Source: Camelus ferus (Eukaryota). From it: DNA of 64,000 nucleotides. Below, piece by piece: positions 37,362 to 51,640 of the stretch. Both the position numbers and the translations under genes were made by a program. Location of the stretch: assembly GCF_009834535.1 (NCBI RefSeq), contig NC_045696.1, positions 47,928,001 to 47,992,000 on the forward strand. The letters are read 5' to 3'. The notes beneath the pieces were generated by a model. It was not told where the DNA came from and searched no databases. It was given only the letters and a program-made list of their open reading frames with translations. Positions within the stretch are counted from its first letter, which is position 1. Each line of letters begins with the position of its first letter.

Positions 37362-38140
37362 TATACCCTTGAACAACGTGAGTGCTAGGGGCGCTGACCC
37401 CTCATGCAGTTGAAAATCTGCATATAACTTGACTCCCCCATAACAACTACTAATAGCTAGTTGTTGACTAGAAGTGTTACTGGTAACATAAACAGTTAAC
37501 ACATATTTTGTATGTTACATATATTTTATACAGTATTCTTACAATAAAGTAAGCCAGAGAAAAGAAAATGTTATTAAGAAAATCATAAGGAAGAGAAAAT
37601 ACATTTACAGTATTGTACTGTATTTATTGATACCATAAGTTTATGTCCTCCATTTTCAAGATGAATCATCTATTCGTACTTACATCAGTGTTGTCTTATA
37701 TGATACAAAACTCTGTAGTTGTTCTACATATTACTAACACTAGACATCAAAATGAAAAAATAATGTAAAAATGAAATTCATATTTATTTACAAGTGTACT
37801 GATTCATGTATTGATAATGAAGAAGCAGCAATAGGATTTTATGGTAACTTAGTAATTGACACAATGGCTTCATGGTAGCCTAGCACATTCACTAATCAAT
37901 GAATTATCTGTAAGTGTTTGTGTGCGTAAGTTTTGATAAATTTTAACTTGTTAATAATAGATTATATATATATTCTGGTGGCAAATGATAAAATAGATTA
38001 GTATATACATGTATTTTATGCATTAGTGACATACATTTTTCTAATTTTTTTTTTTTTTATATTTTCAGGCTATGCAGTTTGTGAGTTTTATCAAATTGTC
38101 TCAAATCTTTAAAAAATTTTCCAAGTTCAAGGCTCAACTG
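37362..38140. mobile_element. Tigger2-family DNA transposon derivative
   Basis: cccttgaacaacgtgagtgctaggggcgctgacccc...; ends gttcaaggctcaactg plus TA. Confidence 0.85.
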
Positions 38141-38211
38141 TATTCAGGACGAACTTTGGAAACAAAGTTGATTTGGCTCCACTAGACGCTGGGTTGATAT
38201 GGAAAGATTTA

Positions 38212-38214
<3 letters not shown>

Positions 38215-38260
<46 letters not shown>
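38215..38260. repeat. (GT)n microsatellite
   Basis: Direct read. Confidence 0.97.
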
Positions 38261-38263
<3 letters not shown>

Positions 38264-38336
38264 CACTGTGTCTTATTTCTCTCATTTATAAAATTCTGGT
38301 AACTTCTATGTTTTAATGTAGCATGGTATGGAAGAC

Positions 38337-38518
38337 AGCTGTACAATAGTACAATAGAATTTTCTATGAGACAGTAGCCACTAGACTCCTATGGCTTTTG
38401 AGCACTTGAAATGTGACTAATGCAAATGAGTAACAGGATTTTAAATTAAATTAACTGTTAATTAATTTAAATCTGAATAGTCATCTGTGACTAATGGCTA
38501 CTGTATTGGACAGTGCAG
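38337..38518. mobile_element. MER3/MER33-like hAT-Charlie MITE
   Basis: gtagccactag...ttgagcacttgaaatgtgacta...gtgactaatggctactgtattggacagtgcag followed by ttctaga. Confidence 0.8.
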
Positions 38519-39469
38519 TTCTAGACACTACATACCAGCAATATTCCCAATAGAGTAAGAGCAGCTGCTCGGTTAACATGCACTGTAGATGAATGGCTAC
38601 TAAATACTTCTGTTCCAGGTGTGGGACAACAGAATTCTCTCCTTTTACCCCAAAGTAAACATTACGTGTATCATTGATGTGATTAGGATCATGTGTTTTA
38701 TCTTTGGCTGTCTTTTCTCTGTAAGAATTGATAGCCCTTGACTTTCCTGTATTTCTTCTTCATTTAGCACAGGTTTATCGAGCATCTGTTATGTCTCAGT
38801 GCTGGATAAGCCATAGTGAGTAAGAATGATCAGGTCTCTGCTCCCACAGGGAGGGGTAACCTGTCCAGCCTAATCCCAGCCCTTCCCCCACCCAGCATCT
38901 GGGCTAGTATCCAGTGGGCATTATTAAAAACAAATCAAATAATATTTCTGGAGTTTTTTTCCTTTCAGACTCTTTGTTTCTAGGTGGTGTGAGAAAGTTA
39001 GTTGATCTTTTATTCCTCCATTGTCCTTTTTATGTTTGCTTTTTCCCTTCAACAGATTATGTGCTTCAGGTAGGGCAGCCTTGTCCAAATTGGAGAGGCT
39101 GAAAATAGTTATAGAATTATCCTTCCATTATGATTTGATTGTCAATGTAGATATTTAACAAAACCTACGGGAAGTCCGTATTTGTTCCAATAGGAACGCC
39201 TTTATTTTGTTCGGGTGAACAATTGTTCTGCAGTAGTCATATATATTAAAAACAACTACAACATCAAAAGTCAATATTGGTTCCATTTAAAAATCAGATT
39301 TGAAACTGGAATCACATTTTCAGCAACTTTACTCTGGAAGCTCTGTTTTTTAGAGTGTAGGGGTCTATCCAGGAGGTTGACCTCCTTACTGCATAACTGG
39401 TGTTGAATTGTTCTTAGGATTAGGAGGCTTTCAGTCATGTATCAGAAAGCCAGCTTCCTTCTTTCCCTT

Positions 39470-39922
39470 TGTGTCTGTAGCAAAGTATCACAAACTTAAT
39501 GGCTTAAAGCAACACACATTTATTTTCTTACAGTTCTGAAGGTCAGACGTCCAAAAATTAATCTTGAGCTGAAATCAAGGCATCAGGAGGCTTATGTTCC
39601 TTTTGGATGCTCTAGGGGAGAATTGGTTGTGTTGTCTTTTCTGGCTTCTAAAGGCTGCCACATTCCTTGGCTTGTGGCCCTGCATCACTCCTACCTGTGC
39701 TTCTGTTGTCGTGTCTCCTCTCTCTGATCCTGGCCCTCCTGCTTCCCTCTTAAAAAGACCCTTGTGATTACATTGGGCCCACACGTATAATCCAGGATAA
39801 TCTCCCACTGACAAGACGCTTAACTTAATCACATCTGAAAAGTCACTTTTACTGTGTAAGGCAACATATCCAGAGGGATTAGGATGTGGGCATCTTTGGG
39901 AGCCCTTATGATGCTAACCACA
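39470..39922 (-). mobile_element. MLT1D-like MaLR LTR
   Basis: caaagtatcacaaacttaatggcttaaagcaac...gacccttgtgattacattgggccc...gattaggatgtgggcatcttt. Confidence 0.85.
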
Positions 39923-40989
39923 TCAACTCCAACTTAAAAAAAGAAAGGGCACATTAGGTTCAGGACTCTCTTCCTAGGCTTTATGTCCCTTTGTATGTGT
40001 CTCTTTGTCAGGCAAGATCATCATACAAAGTGAGGAAAAACTGTCACCAGCAAACATAAGCTAAAATTCTACCAGTGCCCTGTTCTCAAGAGTCCTGGGA
40101 ATGACTCTTGGACAAGGTTTACATTTCATGCTCCTTCCACAGTTAGTCCACAATCAATCTGACTCTAACTGACAGACTTGGGCTGCCTGAGCTGGGAGGG
40201 GATCAAGTTCGTCATTACTCAAACCTCAAGGATTTAATTGTGAACAAGGGTGGTTTGCCAAATGAAAATTGAGCTGTTTTTTACCAGGAGAAGGGTGGAT
40301 GGTAACTAGTTTCAAAAAACGGATATTCATTCATCATATACCCCTTAGGATATAGAATTCTATGTGTTTCTTTAAAAGGCTTACAATCACTGAATGCTTT
40401 CGAAGCCCAGAGCACCGTTCTTTATTACCAGGCTCACGAAGGTGATCTAGTCGCTCTGGAAGGGCTCAGCATGGTTTGGGCCACCAGAGTTTATCATAAA
40501 GTTAATGATGCCTCAGGGTGAAAGGCTCTCATTCATTATCAATCACCATTATCAGGGTGCACACGAGATTTAGGTACTCTGGCCTTCCGCTGGTAGGTAG
40601 TGATGAGAGTGGCTAAATGTGGGTAAATCTCTAAGTAGGATTCTTTGCCTTGTCCATAAAACATTGCTTAAAAAGAGAATTATTTTAAAAAATATTATTC
40701 TTATTCACTGTAACAAAACATGCATTCTCTTAAACAACTCCCTTCAGAAGTATATAAACAGATAAATAATAAAACTAAAACGTAAGACTAAATTTTAGGA
40801 GCTAACCCTTGTCTACTTCATCCTGTTCCCTTTCCTGATTCCCCAGGTATCAGCTCTATTTTATGTCAAGCAGACTCTGAACATTTACATTATGTTATAC
40901 ACAGGTTGCTGTGAAAGCCTTGCGTCTTGAGTGATGGGACTTTTATCCTACACGGAAGTTATAGTCTATCATACTACATGCTCTGTTTT

Positions 40990-41110
40990 CTTTTCTATTT
41001 TATTCTACTCTACTCTACCCTACCCTACCCAATTCTATTCTATTCCATTCCATTCCATTCTACCCTACCCTACCCTACGGTACCCTGTTCTATTCTGTAC
41101 TATATTACAT
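40990..41110. repeat. Compound pentanucleotide microsatellite (TACTC/TACCC/TATTC/CATTC)n
   Basis: Direct read. Confidence 0.9.
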
Positions 41111-41744
41111 TGCAGCAATTTCAACAAGGAAGAAAAGTTTTCTTTTCAATTATTTGGGGAGTGAGAAAGAAGACAAAGTTTGTTTATTATACAAACATTC
41201 CAGATACTCGATCAAATTAACATTCAGTTTTATTTGGGCAAAGTTGGTACTAATTCTTTTAGTCTCTTCCTCTAGGTCAGATTAGCTAACACTTTCATTC
41301 TCTTTGGTTGAGGGTAGGAAGATAGTGCAAAGGTACTTTTAGATAAATATATAACTTAAAAAATTTGTTTATTAGTACCCTTAGAAACATTTTTTATATA
41401 TGTGACCACCACATGGTATATTCCACACACCAGCTGTCAGTGAACACATGCTTTCACTGAAATAACACTTGAGTTATTCACAGATATAATTAACATTTTT
41501 AGGAACATCTTTTAATATATGTATCTTTTCAATTTGTATAAATTGCAGCACAGTGTGTTGAACACAATTGTGTTTTATTCTAGGTAATTTAAAAGCAAAT
41601 CCCAGATAAAATTTCATTCATAAAGATAAGTATTCATAAAAATATTATTACTAATAAACAATTGATAATAATTCCTTAATCGTTTATCTAGAAAACATTT
41701 AAAATTTCCCCATTGACTCTCTCTCTTTTTTTTGAGTTTTAAGC

Positions 41745-42090
41745 ATTTTTTTTTAATGTATGGTCAGTTTACAATGTTGTGTCAATTTCTGGTATATAGC
41801 ATAAAGTTTTAGTCATACATATACATATATAAATTACTTTTCATATTCTTTTTATTATAGGTTACTATAAGATATTGAATATAGTTCCCTGTGCTATACA
41901 GTATAAACTTGTTTATCTATTTTATATATAACTTGAACTCCCAATTTATCCCTTCTGACTCTCTTTTCCCCCTAGTAACCATATGTTTGTTCTCTATGTC
42001 TGTGAGTCTGTTACTGTTCTGTAAAGAAGTTCATTTGTGTATTTTTTTTCAGATTCCACATATAAGTGATATCATATGGTATTTTTCTTT
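41745..42090 (-). mobile_element. Cetartiodactyl-type L1 3'UTR
   Basis: gtcagtttacaatgttgtgtcaatttctgg...gatattgaatatagttccctgtgctatacag...agattccacatataagtgatatc. Confidence 0.88.
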
Positions 42091-42996
42091 TTAAAAATAA
42101 TTTGAATAAATAAAGTTGATCTGTTTCATCTCTTTTAGTCACTGGATCCCTCTTTTCATCTTCTTTATGGTTTTTTCTCCTTCCTTCATTCACTTATTTC
42201 CTTGCAAATTATTTGTGGGGGCAGCTGGTGGCAGCTCTCTACAGACAAAATTTTGCTGATTGTATAACACATTTGACATGTTCTTTCATCCTGTGTATTT
42301 TCTCTGCATTGATTGTTAGAGCTACAATCAGTTTATTATTTTTCTCTAAGACAAGATTATAGGAAATGTTACCTACCAGAGACCTTCTGGGAATCTATCA
42401 AGATGGTAAACAATTTTTATGTAATTCATCTTGCATAAGTAGGAAATGTTTTTAAGAAAAAAAACATTATATAGAAACATATAAAAAGTCATTCTACTTT
42501 TGCAGGATAAATACATATCTAAAAATGGATACAGCCTGCACAAGTAGCTCTTGGAAATGTTTCATGCCTTTAATTATATCTTGTTTATTCTAGAGCCCTG
42601 CTCTTAATAGCATCCTCTTCTAAAAATCTATATAATAACCAGACATACAAAAGAATAATATAGTCTATAATAAACTCTTAACAAAGAATAATAAAAGATG
42701 CACACACGTGCTTATCATCCAGCTGAAGAACTAGAGTGTTGCCAATCTTTGATGCTCCTATATATTCCTCCCTAATCTCATTATTTTTATTATTTATTTT
42801 ATTATTATTAAGGAGTTTATTATTCTCCTGCTTTTTCTTCATAATATGACCACATCACTATCACAATGTTTTAAATTCTGCTTATTTATTAAAGCTTCAT
42901 GTAAATGACAGTATATGATATAAAAGATATTAGGAAATATCCTTTTTCTGTGACCTGCCTTTTTTTGCTCAGTATGTCTTTGTCATTTATTTACAT

Positions 42997-43182
42997 CAGA
43001 GTTCCTCAACCTTGGCACTATTAACATTTAGGGCTGGATAATTATTTGTTATGAGGGGCTGCCTTGTTTGTGATAGGATGTTAAGCAGCATCCCTGGTCT
43101 CTACCCGTGGTCTCCAGTCATAAGAGCACAATTACAGATGCCTCCAGACATTGCCAGACTACCCCCAGCTGAGATCCACTGG
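42997..43182. mobile_element. MER20 (hAT-Charlie MITE) within an old L1 fragment
   Basis: ttcctcaaccttggcactattaacattt...gcagcatccctggtctctaccc...ccagacattgcc...gagatccactg. Confidence 0.88.
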
Positions 43183-44139
43183 TCTGTGCTACTGTGTATA
43201 GTGGAAGTTCATTTGATTTCATTGATAATTTTATTGCCTGAATGTGTTACTATTGAGTTACTCATTTTTCTGTGGATGCAATTTGCATTTTTCAGAGTTT
43301 TGGCTATTACAAACCATGCTACTATGAATAAATTTGTGCATGGCCCCAGTACACGTGTGTTATAATTCTTCTAGGGGTGGATATCTAGAGGAAAAGTATA
43401 CTAGGCAGAGGGGACTAGAAGTGCAAAAGCCTAAGACAGGAGCCATTTGGCAGGTTTGGGAAACAATAAGGCCAGTGGTTGAGCTGGGCTTTGAAGGGAA
43501 TTCCTCTAGGAATTTTGGGGGTAGCTGTAGGAAGTATTGGCAGGAGAAATATTATGTGAAAGCACAATGTATCAAAGAGCAGAGAATAGGGAATTGTCCT
43601 GTGTGCCTGGCATTAGGGTTTATGAAAAGGAACAAACGACTAGAAGAGTTTTCTGGGAGAAAGGAAAATAGGATTGAAAGAGTAGACTGAGTACAGAATG
43701 TCTTATATTACAAAAGCCTTTAAACATACAACAAAAGTGGAGAGAATACTAAGTGAAATTCTATATTTTCATCACCTAGAGTCTACAATTATCAATAACT
43801 TGCCACACTTCCTTCTAGTCCCCTTTCTTCTCTTCCTCTTTTTTTAATCAAATTGTTTTAAAGAAAATACCAGACATTATGTAATTTTTCTTACATAATT
43901 CAGAATGTATTTCTAAATATATAGATTTTTGAAAATATAAGCACAGTATAGTTATAACATTAAACAAGTTTAATAATATTTCCTTGGTACCATCTAATAA
44001 CCAACCCTTATTCAGATTTCACAGATTGTCTCAAATAGTTTTTAACTAGTTGATTTACTCACATGAATATTTAAATTAGGTCTACCTACTGCATTTGGCT
44101 CTTTTGTCTTTAATTTTTTTAAAATTTATTTTGCCATTA

Positions 44140-44748
44140 TTGTAAATTGGTATAGCCACTAGGAAAAGCAGTATGTATTCCTCAAAAAATTAAGAATAAA
44201 ACTACTGTATGACCCAGCTATTCCACCTCTGGGTATTTATTCAAAGAACACAATAAAACTAATTTGAAAAGATATATACAACTCTATGTTCATTTACAAT
44301 AGCCAAGTTATGGAAACAGCCTAAGTGTCCATTGATGAGTGAATGGATGAAGAAGATGTGGTATTTATATACAATGGGATACTAGTCAGCCATAAAAAAA
44401 GAATGATATCCAGCCATTTGTGGTAAATGGATGGACCTTAAGGGCATTATGCTAAGTAAAATAAGTCAAAGATAAATACTGTATGATTTCACTCATATGT
44501 GGAACATAAAAAAAACCCCCAAAAATTAACAAAACAAACCCCCCCAAAACCAATGACCAAATAATATAAAGCAAAAACAAACCCATGGGTATAGAGAACA
44601 GATTAGTGGTTTCCAGGAGGGGAGGGGAGTTGGAGGTGAGCAAAATAGGTGAAGGGGGTATGGTGATGGATGGTAACTAGACTTGTGATGGTGATCACTC
44701 TGTAGTGAAACAAAACTGAACTATAATGTTGTACACCTGAAACTTATA
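44140..44748 (+). mobile_element. L1MA-type 3' region inserted in older antisense L1ME sequence
   Basis: gtaaattggtatagccact...gacccagctattccacctctggg...gttgtacacctgaaac; ttttgccatt flanks both sides. Confidence 0.8.
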
Positions 44749-46149
44749 GAACATTTTTTCTTTTGCCATTGAACTTATAGAAGAAACTGGATCTGTTGTC
44801 CTGTGTATGTCCCACATTTTGAGTTTGTCTTGTCTGACACAAATTATTATGCTATCCCTGGTATTACTGTAAACTGGAAGTTAGCATTAAAGGTTTGATT
44901 AGATTTTGTCTCAATATTTTTGGAAAGGAAACTTTATAAATGGTAGTGGATGCTTCATACATACATTTCATGTCAGGAAGCATATATTTTCTGATTGCCC
45001 CAATTTAGTGATTCGTCATTGAAATTCACATGGTAATAGTCTGTTTTCTTCATATATAAATTCTGCATCAAATTTCACTTTATTTTTTATCAATTATTTT
45101 ATTAATGTTTGCAAATGTTTTTCTAATTCTATCATTTCCACATTTTAATTTGTAAAAATTCTGTAGTGAAGAAGTTTCACTCTTTAGTTATAAGCTCTTT
45201 GGTTATCCAAAGTGTTGCTCACAAAGGAAAAGATGGATAATCTCTCAATTTTTTCCCTTAAATTCCACCTTAGAGTGTCTGGTGTTCTAGTTACTGTCAG
45301 TGATAACCGGTGTTCTCTCTCTGTCCCCTCTTCTCTAGCATTAAAATCTTACATGTTTTTATATATTCACATGTTCTAATCAATGTATTCCCATTGTTTA
45401 TATTATTATAGTTATCAAGCTCTTGTTCATTGATGGTAGTCATATGTTGCTCTCGGCTTTAGAATAGAGTGGTGTAGATATCAAGAAAATCAGGGATGCT
45501 TACCCAGAAGAAGTTAGAACTCTGCATACAAAAAATGCTGAGATAGCATTGAGGAAACTGGTCATCTCTCTTCACCACACATGGAACTGCAACAAGAATC
45601 TCTCTATAATCAAGGATATCTAAACTGTAAGTAATTTCCATTTGCTTTCACAGGACATAACACTGATTGTCCCTTGAGGTTGATTCCAAGGAAGAAATAG
45701 GGAATTAAGTAAAGATAATGAAGGGAAAGCTGAAATGGTATTAAAATGTATTAAATGGTACTAAAATGTATTAAAAGATGGGGGAATATGTTCTTTTCTC
45801 ATACTGTACCGTCCACCAGGGTCTAGGAGACTGTATTTCTAAATTAACTGATCCAATATAGGCCACTTGGGCAATGGAGAATACTTTATTTGAACCAAAG
45901 GAAAACCTTAGAATCTTAGACATCATCTCCGGATCCTCTTAGTTCACCAATGTGGAAACAGGCTACAAGATTTTGTTAGTAGTAATTCACAGAGTAAAAG
46001 GACCATTTTCATGGAAAATCTCCCTCTCCACTACATCATTCCCATCAGCATAAAAATGCTGTCAATTGTTTTAAAACACACACACATAACACACACCCTT
46101 TTTGACCTCAGTCCCCCACCCAGATTTATAGATAAACTCCTGGAAAGAG

Positions 46150-46882
46150 TTCCTGTGTTTCAAATTCAAATTTCAGATATACTTGTATATCTAACATTTC
46201 ATTTGATTTTACCACTTGGATCTCCAATAGACATCTCAAACTTAACATGGCTGTAACTGAACCCTTAACTTTCCTCCCTATTCTTCACCTCCAGCTCTTC
46301 ATACCTTAGTGACAGCTTCTTTCTTCCAGTTGCTCAAGCCAAGTAGGTTGGGGTCATCCTTGATTTTTCTTCTTTTCTCACATTTCCTATCTTTTCCATT
46401 GGGAAATCTTACACTATTTACTTTTCCAATAGTCTAGAAACTTTGTGCTACATTGACTATCACCATCTTGGACCAAGTTACTGTCATTTCTCACCATAAT
46501 TGGTGAGCCAGCTAACATGTTTCCTTTACTCCCTACAGTCTGTTTCAACACAGTAGCCAGAATATCTGGTTGATGTCTCCTTTACTTCCTTTGTTCTCTT
46601 TTCAGTTAAGTCCTACCTGACTACTCTACAGAAAGTCTTCTCCCCTGCCCCCGTCTCTGAATAGCTCCCTCTTCTGCTTTATTTCTTTCCATTACACTTA
46701 TCACCTTCTGCTATATGAAAATAAACAAATGAAATAGACACCATTCAACAATTTTAAAATCTACTGATAACGGTAGTTTTCTATGGTTTGACAAATTATT
46801 TATTTGCTGTCTTTCCCACTGGAATGTAAACTGTGCTACTGACTAGTGACTGGCATTCAATAAATATTGGCTGAATGAATGG
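46150..46882 (+). mobile_element. L2 LINE 3' region
   Basis: ccacttggatctccaatagacatctcaaacttaacatg...ttccagttgctcaagcc...caataaatattggctgaatgaatg. Confidence 0.8.
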
Positions 46883-47519
46883 AGAATCTGGAGAGCTATA
46901 CTATGTAGAAAAGAAAGAAAATAAATTCAATAGTGAATCTAGAGATAATTTATATTGGGAATTTTGGATAAAGGATTAGAATACTGTGGAAAGAGGAGAT
47001 TCTGATTTTTAAGTAGTCTCTTTTATGTCCTTCAGGGACTATGATACCAGTCTCATTTTCTGATTTTTAATGAGTTAATTCTTCAAAGTTTATGGGTTTG
47101 GAAAACAGTGAAGCTGTACCAGCAACAACTATTGGGACAGACTTTGGTTAGCTAATTAAATCCATTCACCCCTTCTTCCTTAGTAACCAAAGTCTAATTT
47201 TGTTCAGTGAGGCAAAGGGTCCAGTCAAGAGACCATTTTTCACAGCCTTTCTTACAAGTAGGCATGGCCAATGTGTATGTATGTATCAGAGTGAGAAAAG
47301 GTTCTTCAAATCATTAAAGAACTAGGAGTTGGCTGAAGGGACTGGGAACTTCGTTGCTAAGGTGTAAATTCAAACTACAAGGGCTCTTGTTACTGATTTT
47401 CACCTTGTATTTAATGCAGACATCAGGAGAACGTTTCTTTTACCACAGAACAGCTGCTTTTCCTCCTGCAACTCCAAACTCTACGTCCTTTTAAATTTCT
47501 GTCTCAGCCTCAGAGTCAC

Positions 47520-48400
47520 TCAATCTCTTCTGATCCAAAAGGATGAAGGATGCAGTGTCTGTTTTTTTTTTTTCTTTCCATCGTCTTCCATATCCAGTCT
47601 CTCAGAAATTCCTGTAATTTTTGCCTCCAAAATATCTATTGAATTTGATCTACTTTTCCCATCTCCACTGCCAGCATCCTTCTCCAAGTGACCATGATCT
47701 CTCACCAGAACTTCTAGAGTAGTCTCCCAACAGGCTGCTCTACTTCCATCATTGTCCATCTCCAAAGAACAATTAATTATAGTGATTAGAAATTTAACAC
47801 ATTTATGTATGTATGTGTCTACATCTGTATATCTGGATGTATGAATTGGGCTCTGTCACTTCCCAACTTAAAACTTTTTCCGAAGGTTAACTTTGTACTT
47901 AGGGGAAAAAAACAATCTAAATCCTTTATAGTAAACTACAAAACCCCTGCTTACCCCTTCAATCTTATCTCCTCGTCCCTTGACTACTTTGTCCCCATCA
48001 TCCCAGACATCTTTAGTGTTTCAGAGATGCCCAGCTGTATTTCACACTGGGGACATCATTTGTACAGATGCTCTCTTTTTCTGAAGCTCTGTTACTTCCT
48101 GTTTTCAGGACTAACTCCTTTCATCCTTTCAGTTTCCATTCAAGTGATATCTCATTGGCACCATTTTCCAATACTCTCATTTGTCTAAGTCCCACTTCGG
48201 TTACTGCAGTTTCCCACATGGAAGTTTTTACAATTTGAAACTTTATACTTATCTATTAGTTATCTTGACTATTCTTTGTCTTTCTCATTGGTTTGTAAAC
48301 TCTGAGAGGAGGATTCCACATTTATTTTATTCACAGAATAACCAATGCTTAACATGGTACCTTGCATATAATTATTCAAGAAATAGTTTTTGAAAAAAAT
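47520..48400 (+). mobile_element. L2 LINE fragment
   Basis: tgcctccaaaatatct...ttcccatctccactgcc...ttgtaaactctgagag...tcaagaaatagtttttgaa. Confidence 0.65.
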
Positions 48401-49998
48401 GAGATATAGAAGAAATATTTGGATAACTGATAAAACATCTTTCTAGGACTTTTTTTGTGAATTGAGAACTGCAGTGTTCAAGCAAAATGTGACATATCAG
48501 TTTAAAGGTGTACAATGTAATTCATGGTGTTTTTTAATTAAATATTAAGTGCCACAACTTGTTTCACTTTGGTGGAAAACAAAACAAGGAGTAAGAATTT
48601 GTTTACAGTTAAAATAACCTCCCAAATAGCATTTTGATTAAAATTTGAGAAAGTTAAGATCTAATATATAACCAAGACTAACGATATTCAAAATGTGTAT
48701 AAGGCAATCAAAACAAAGCAAATACATAACATAAGCAAATAAAAGAAACAAAAGCAAAACCAACAATCCTCTATTAATAAAAAGCGATGGTGGTGGTTGT
48801 GGCCGGGGACAGTTCTGTTCCTCTAAAATTGTCAATTACTGCAAGAAAAGCATGTTTACTAAAGATTTTTTCAGGCTTATGTTAAGGATTCAGTAATATA
48901 GAGAAAGAATAACAAATATATTTACTTAGTTTTGGTCTCCTGATTATTTTAGTAAGGGTGATTTGTTTAGGATATTAGAAGTTGTCTTCAAGGAAGTAGA
49001 GAGCTAGATGCTACTGGTATATAATAAAAACAAGTCATTTCATATGGAGGGAAAAATTTTATTACGGTGCAAGGCCAAACTGGAATTGTACAGATTGAAA
49101 AGCTCAGTTTATAAAACCAAAAATAGGAACTGTGTTGCAGTAATAATTGAACTCCTGACAAAAATAAAGCTATTTCAAGAAATAAATACAGAGAAAGTTG
49201 AATTTATTCTTTAATAAATGTGACACATAAAGCATATAAAAACATAAATATAATTCAAAATATTAATTTAAAGTTCAAAGACTATGTGATATTTTGGAAT
49301 ATTTATTCATGCAGTACACAATTAATAGGTAAACATACTGAAATTCAATTCATAATGGAAGTATTCATTTTTTACCATTGGTCCCTTTAGTTTATCCTAT
49401 GGGTTCTCACAATTTTAATTAAACTATTTTTGATATACTTGAATTAACAATAGTACAATGAGTGTCAAGGAAATGAATAACTCTCAATCACTAGATAGAG
49501 AAAGAGGCAACAAATTCAATATTCCAATTTCCTCAACACAATGATTTTTTTTTTTTCTTTCTCTGTTGGTATTTTCTGAAGATAGAATATTAAGGGACTG
49601 AATGCTAATTGTTGGGAAATACTCTTCAGCCATAGGCTGCTTCCACAAAGAGCAGAGCCTGGGGTGTAAGTAGGCCTGGGGTCATGCTGCTCCCAGGGGG
49701 CAGCAGTGCTGGGAGGACAGTGATGCCTTCAAAGAGGTGCTCAGGCCAGAGGAGAGGGACCAGTGTCTGTGGTCAGGCCGAGGGGCTGAATTAATTCCAT
49801 ACAAGGCCCTAATCATGAGACGTCAGCTACTGAAGGAAGAGGAGGGAATACAGTGAGAATTTAAAAGAAGGCTTAAGGGAGTATTCCTTTAAATGGGTAC
49901 TGTGACTTCCAAAGAGGTCTTAAAATCTGACGAAGACTGATTTCTTTCCTTATATGTTTTGTATATTGTTTGTATGGTTTTAAACTTTCTATAACTTT

Positions 49999-50003
49999 AT
50001 TTT

Positions 50004-50077
<74 letters not shown>

Positions 50078-50232
50078 TTATTGAAGTATAGTCAGTTTAC
50101 AATGTTGTGTCAGTTTCTGGTATACAGCACAATGCTTCAGTCATACATGAACATACGTATATTCGTTTTCGTATTCTTTTTCACCATAAGTTAGTACAAG
50201 ATATTGAATATAGTTCCCTGTGCTATAGAGTA
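49999..50232 (-). mobile_element. 5'-truncated L1 3'UTR with (GT)n(AT)n microsatellite in its tail
   Basis: ttattgaagtatagtcagtttacaatgttgtg...; TSD taaactttct(a/c)taacttt at 49981-49998 and 50233-50250. Confidence 0.9.
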
Positions 50233-50369
50233 TAAACTTTCTCTAACTTTGGATAGTGAATTAAGCTAGGCACTGGATCTTGTAGTTTTGATATGGAATG
50301 AAGAATCTTTATTTATTACATTCAACTAAGAGCTCAATCTGTTGCAATTCCATGTTAACACTTGCCATG

Positions 50370-50530
50370 AACTTAAGTCCCAGTTTTTCCTTTCACTAGC
50401 TGAGGAATCTTGGACTAATCACTTTACCGCTTTTGGCTGCAGTTTCCTCATGTGCAACATGGAATAATGGAGTAGGGGAGAAAAGAGTAAATATGGATCC
50501 AGAAAATCATTTAGAGCTCTAAAACCCTGT
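50370..50530 (+). mobile_element. MIR SINE fragment
   Basis: agtcccagttttt...cactagctg...cagtttcctcatgtgcaacatggaataat. Confidence 0.55.
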
Positions 50531-51059
50531 GCGTAAACAGAAAACAGAACTGCTCCTTGCATCAATTCTTACTTAGTTTGAATAGCTGTTAGGCAAATCA
50601 TCATTTCTGGCTGTAAAATTGGGACAGTACCTAGTCGCACTGTAGGTGTTAGCATCTAGGTAATGTACATCAAAGTCTTAATTCAGCACCTAACATATAG
50701 TATGTGCAAAAAGTTATGGCTATGGTTATTACTCACAGTTTATTATCATTACCAATGTGGGGAACTTTTGCATTTTCAGAGGACTATAAAAATATTTGCC
50801 TTTGGTAAATTATGTAGCAGTGGTGGGAGAACTTGTGCTTTGTGAAAGAAATCTCCATTATAAATAAAATACTCAGATACATTTCTCCAAGGTTTATTCG
50901 GGCGAATATTCACAAGACCCTTTCACACAAACATACAAATATCTAACAAGCCCATAAAAATGCTAAATCAAACTTTAGAAAAAAAGCATATTTAAGCTAT
51001 ATATATGCTCACATATACATGCACAGTATATGTAGCATTCACACTATACATATTATCTG

Positions 51060-51275
51060 TGCTGGGTTTGCAAACTACCAGTCAAGTCTGAACTCCACCT
51101 ATTTTTGTAAATAAAGTTTCATTGAAACACAAACAGGCTCCTTTGCTTAATGTTTTGTCAATGGTTGTTTATGCATGCAGTAGCCGAGTTGAGGTGATGC
51201 AATAGAGACTACATAGCCCTCAGATACTAAACTAGTTACTATCTGGATCTTTTCAGAAAAATTTGCTGATTACTG
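51060..51275. mobile_element. MER58A-like hAT-Charlie MITE
   Basis: gcaaactac...cctatttttgtaaataaagtttcattgaaacac...ttactatctggatcttttcagaaaaatttgctg. Confidence 0.8.
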
Positions 51276-51429
51276 ATACACTACACATACACATATATGC
51301 ATATATGTCTTTGTATATCAATGTATAAAGGTATATAGATATATAGATTCATATTTAAATAAACATATACATATTTTAGCAACATACATACATATATATG
51401 TGCACATACATACAGAGGGAGAGAAAAGG

Positions 51430-51640
51430 TAATGATTACTATTTATCATTTACCCAGTGTCAAGAATTTTGCATGTTTAAGCTTATGGAATTCTCATATT
51501 TATGAGTTTAAAATTGTATTTTTGTAGAGAGAGGAGACTGAGGCTCAGGAAGATGAAATGACATATCCAACATTGTGCAGCCAGTAAGTAGCAGCGTCTT
51601 AAACTCATGCAGTGTGACCTAAATGTCCAGCTGGCTTAAA
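51430..51640 (-). mobile_element. MIR SINE
   Basis: gaggagactgaggctcaggaagatgaaatgac...cagccagtaagtagcag. Confidence 0.65.

Noticed and set aside
41010..41080. Interstitial telomeric repeat
   Set aside because: The unit is pentameric CCCTA, not CCCTAA
45467..45633. Possible coding exon (SGVDIKKIRDAYPEEV...) ending near GTAAGT
   Set aside because: Weak acceptor, stop codon before the donor, no recognisable protein similarity
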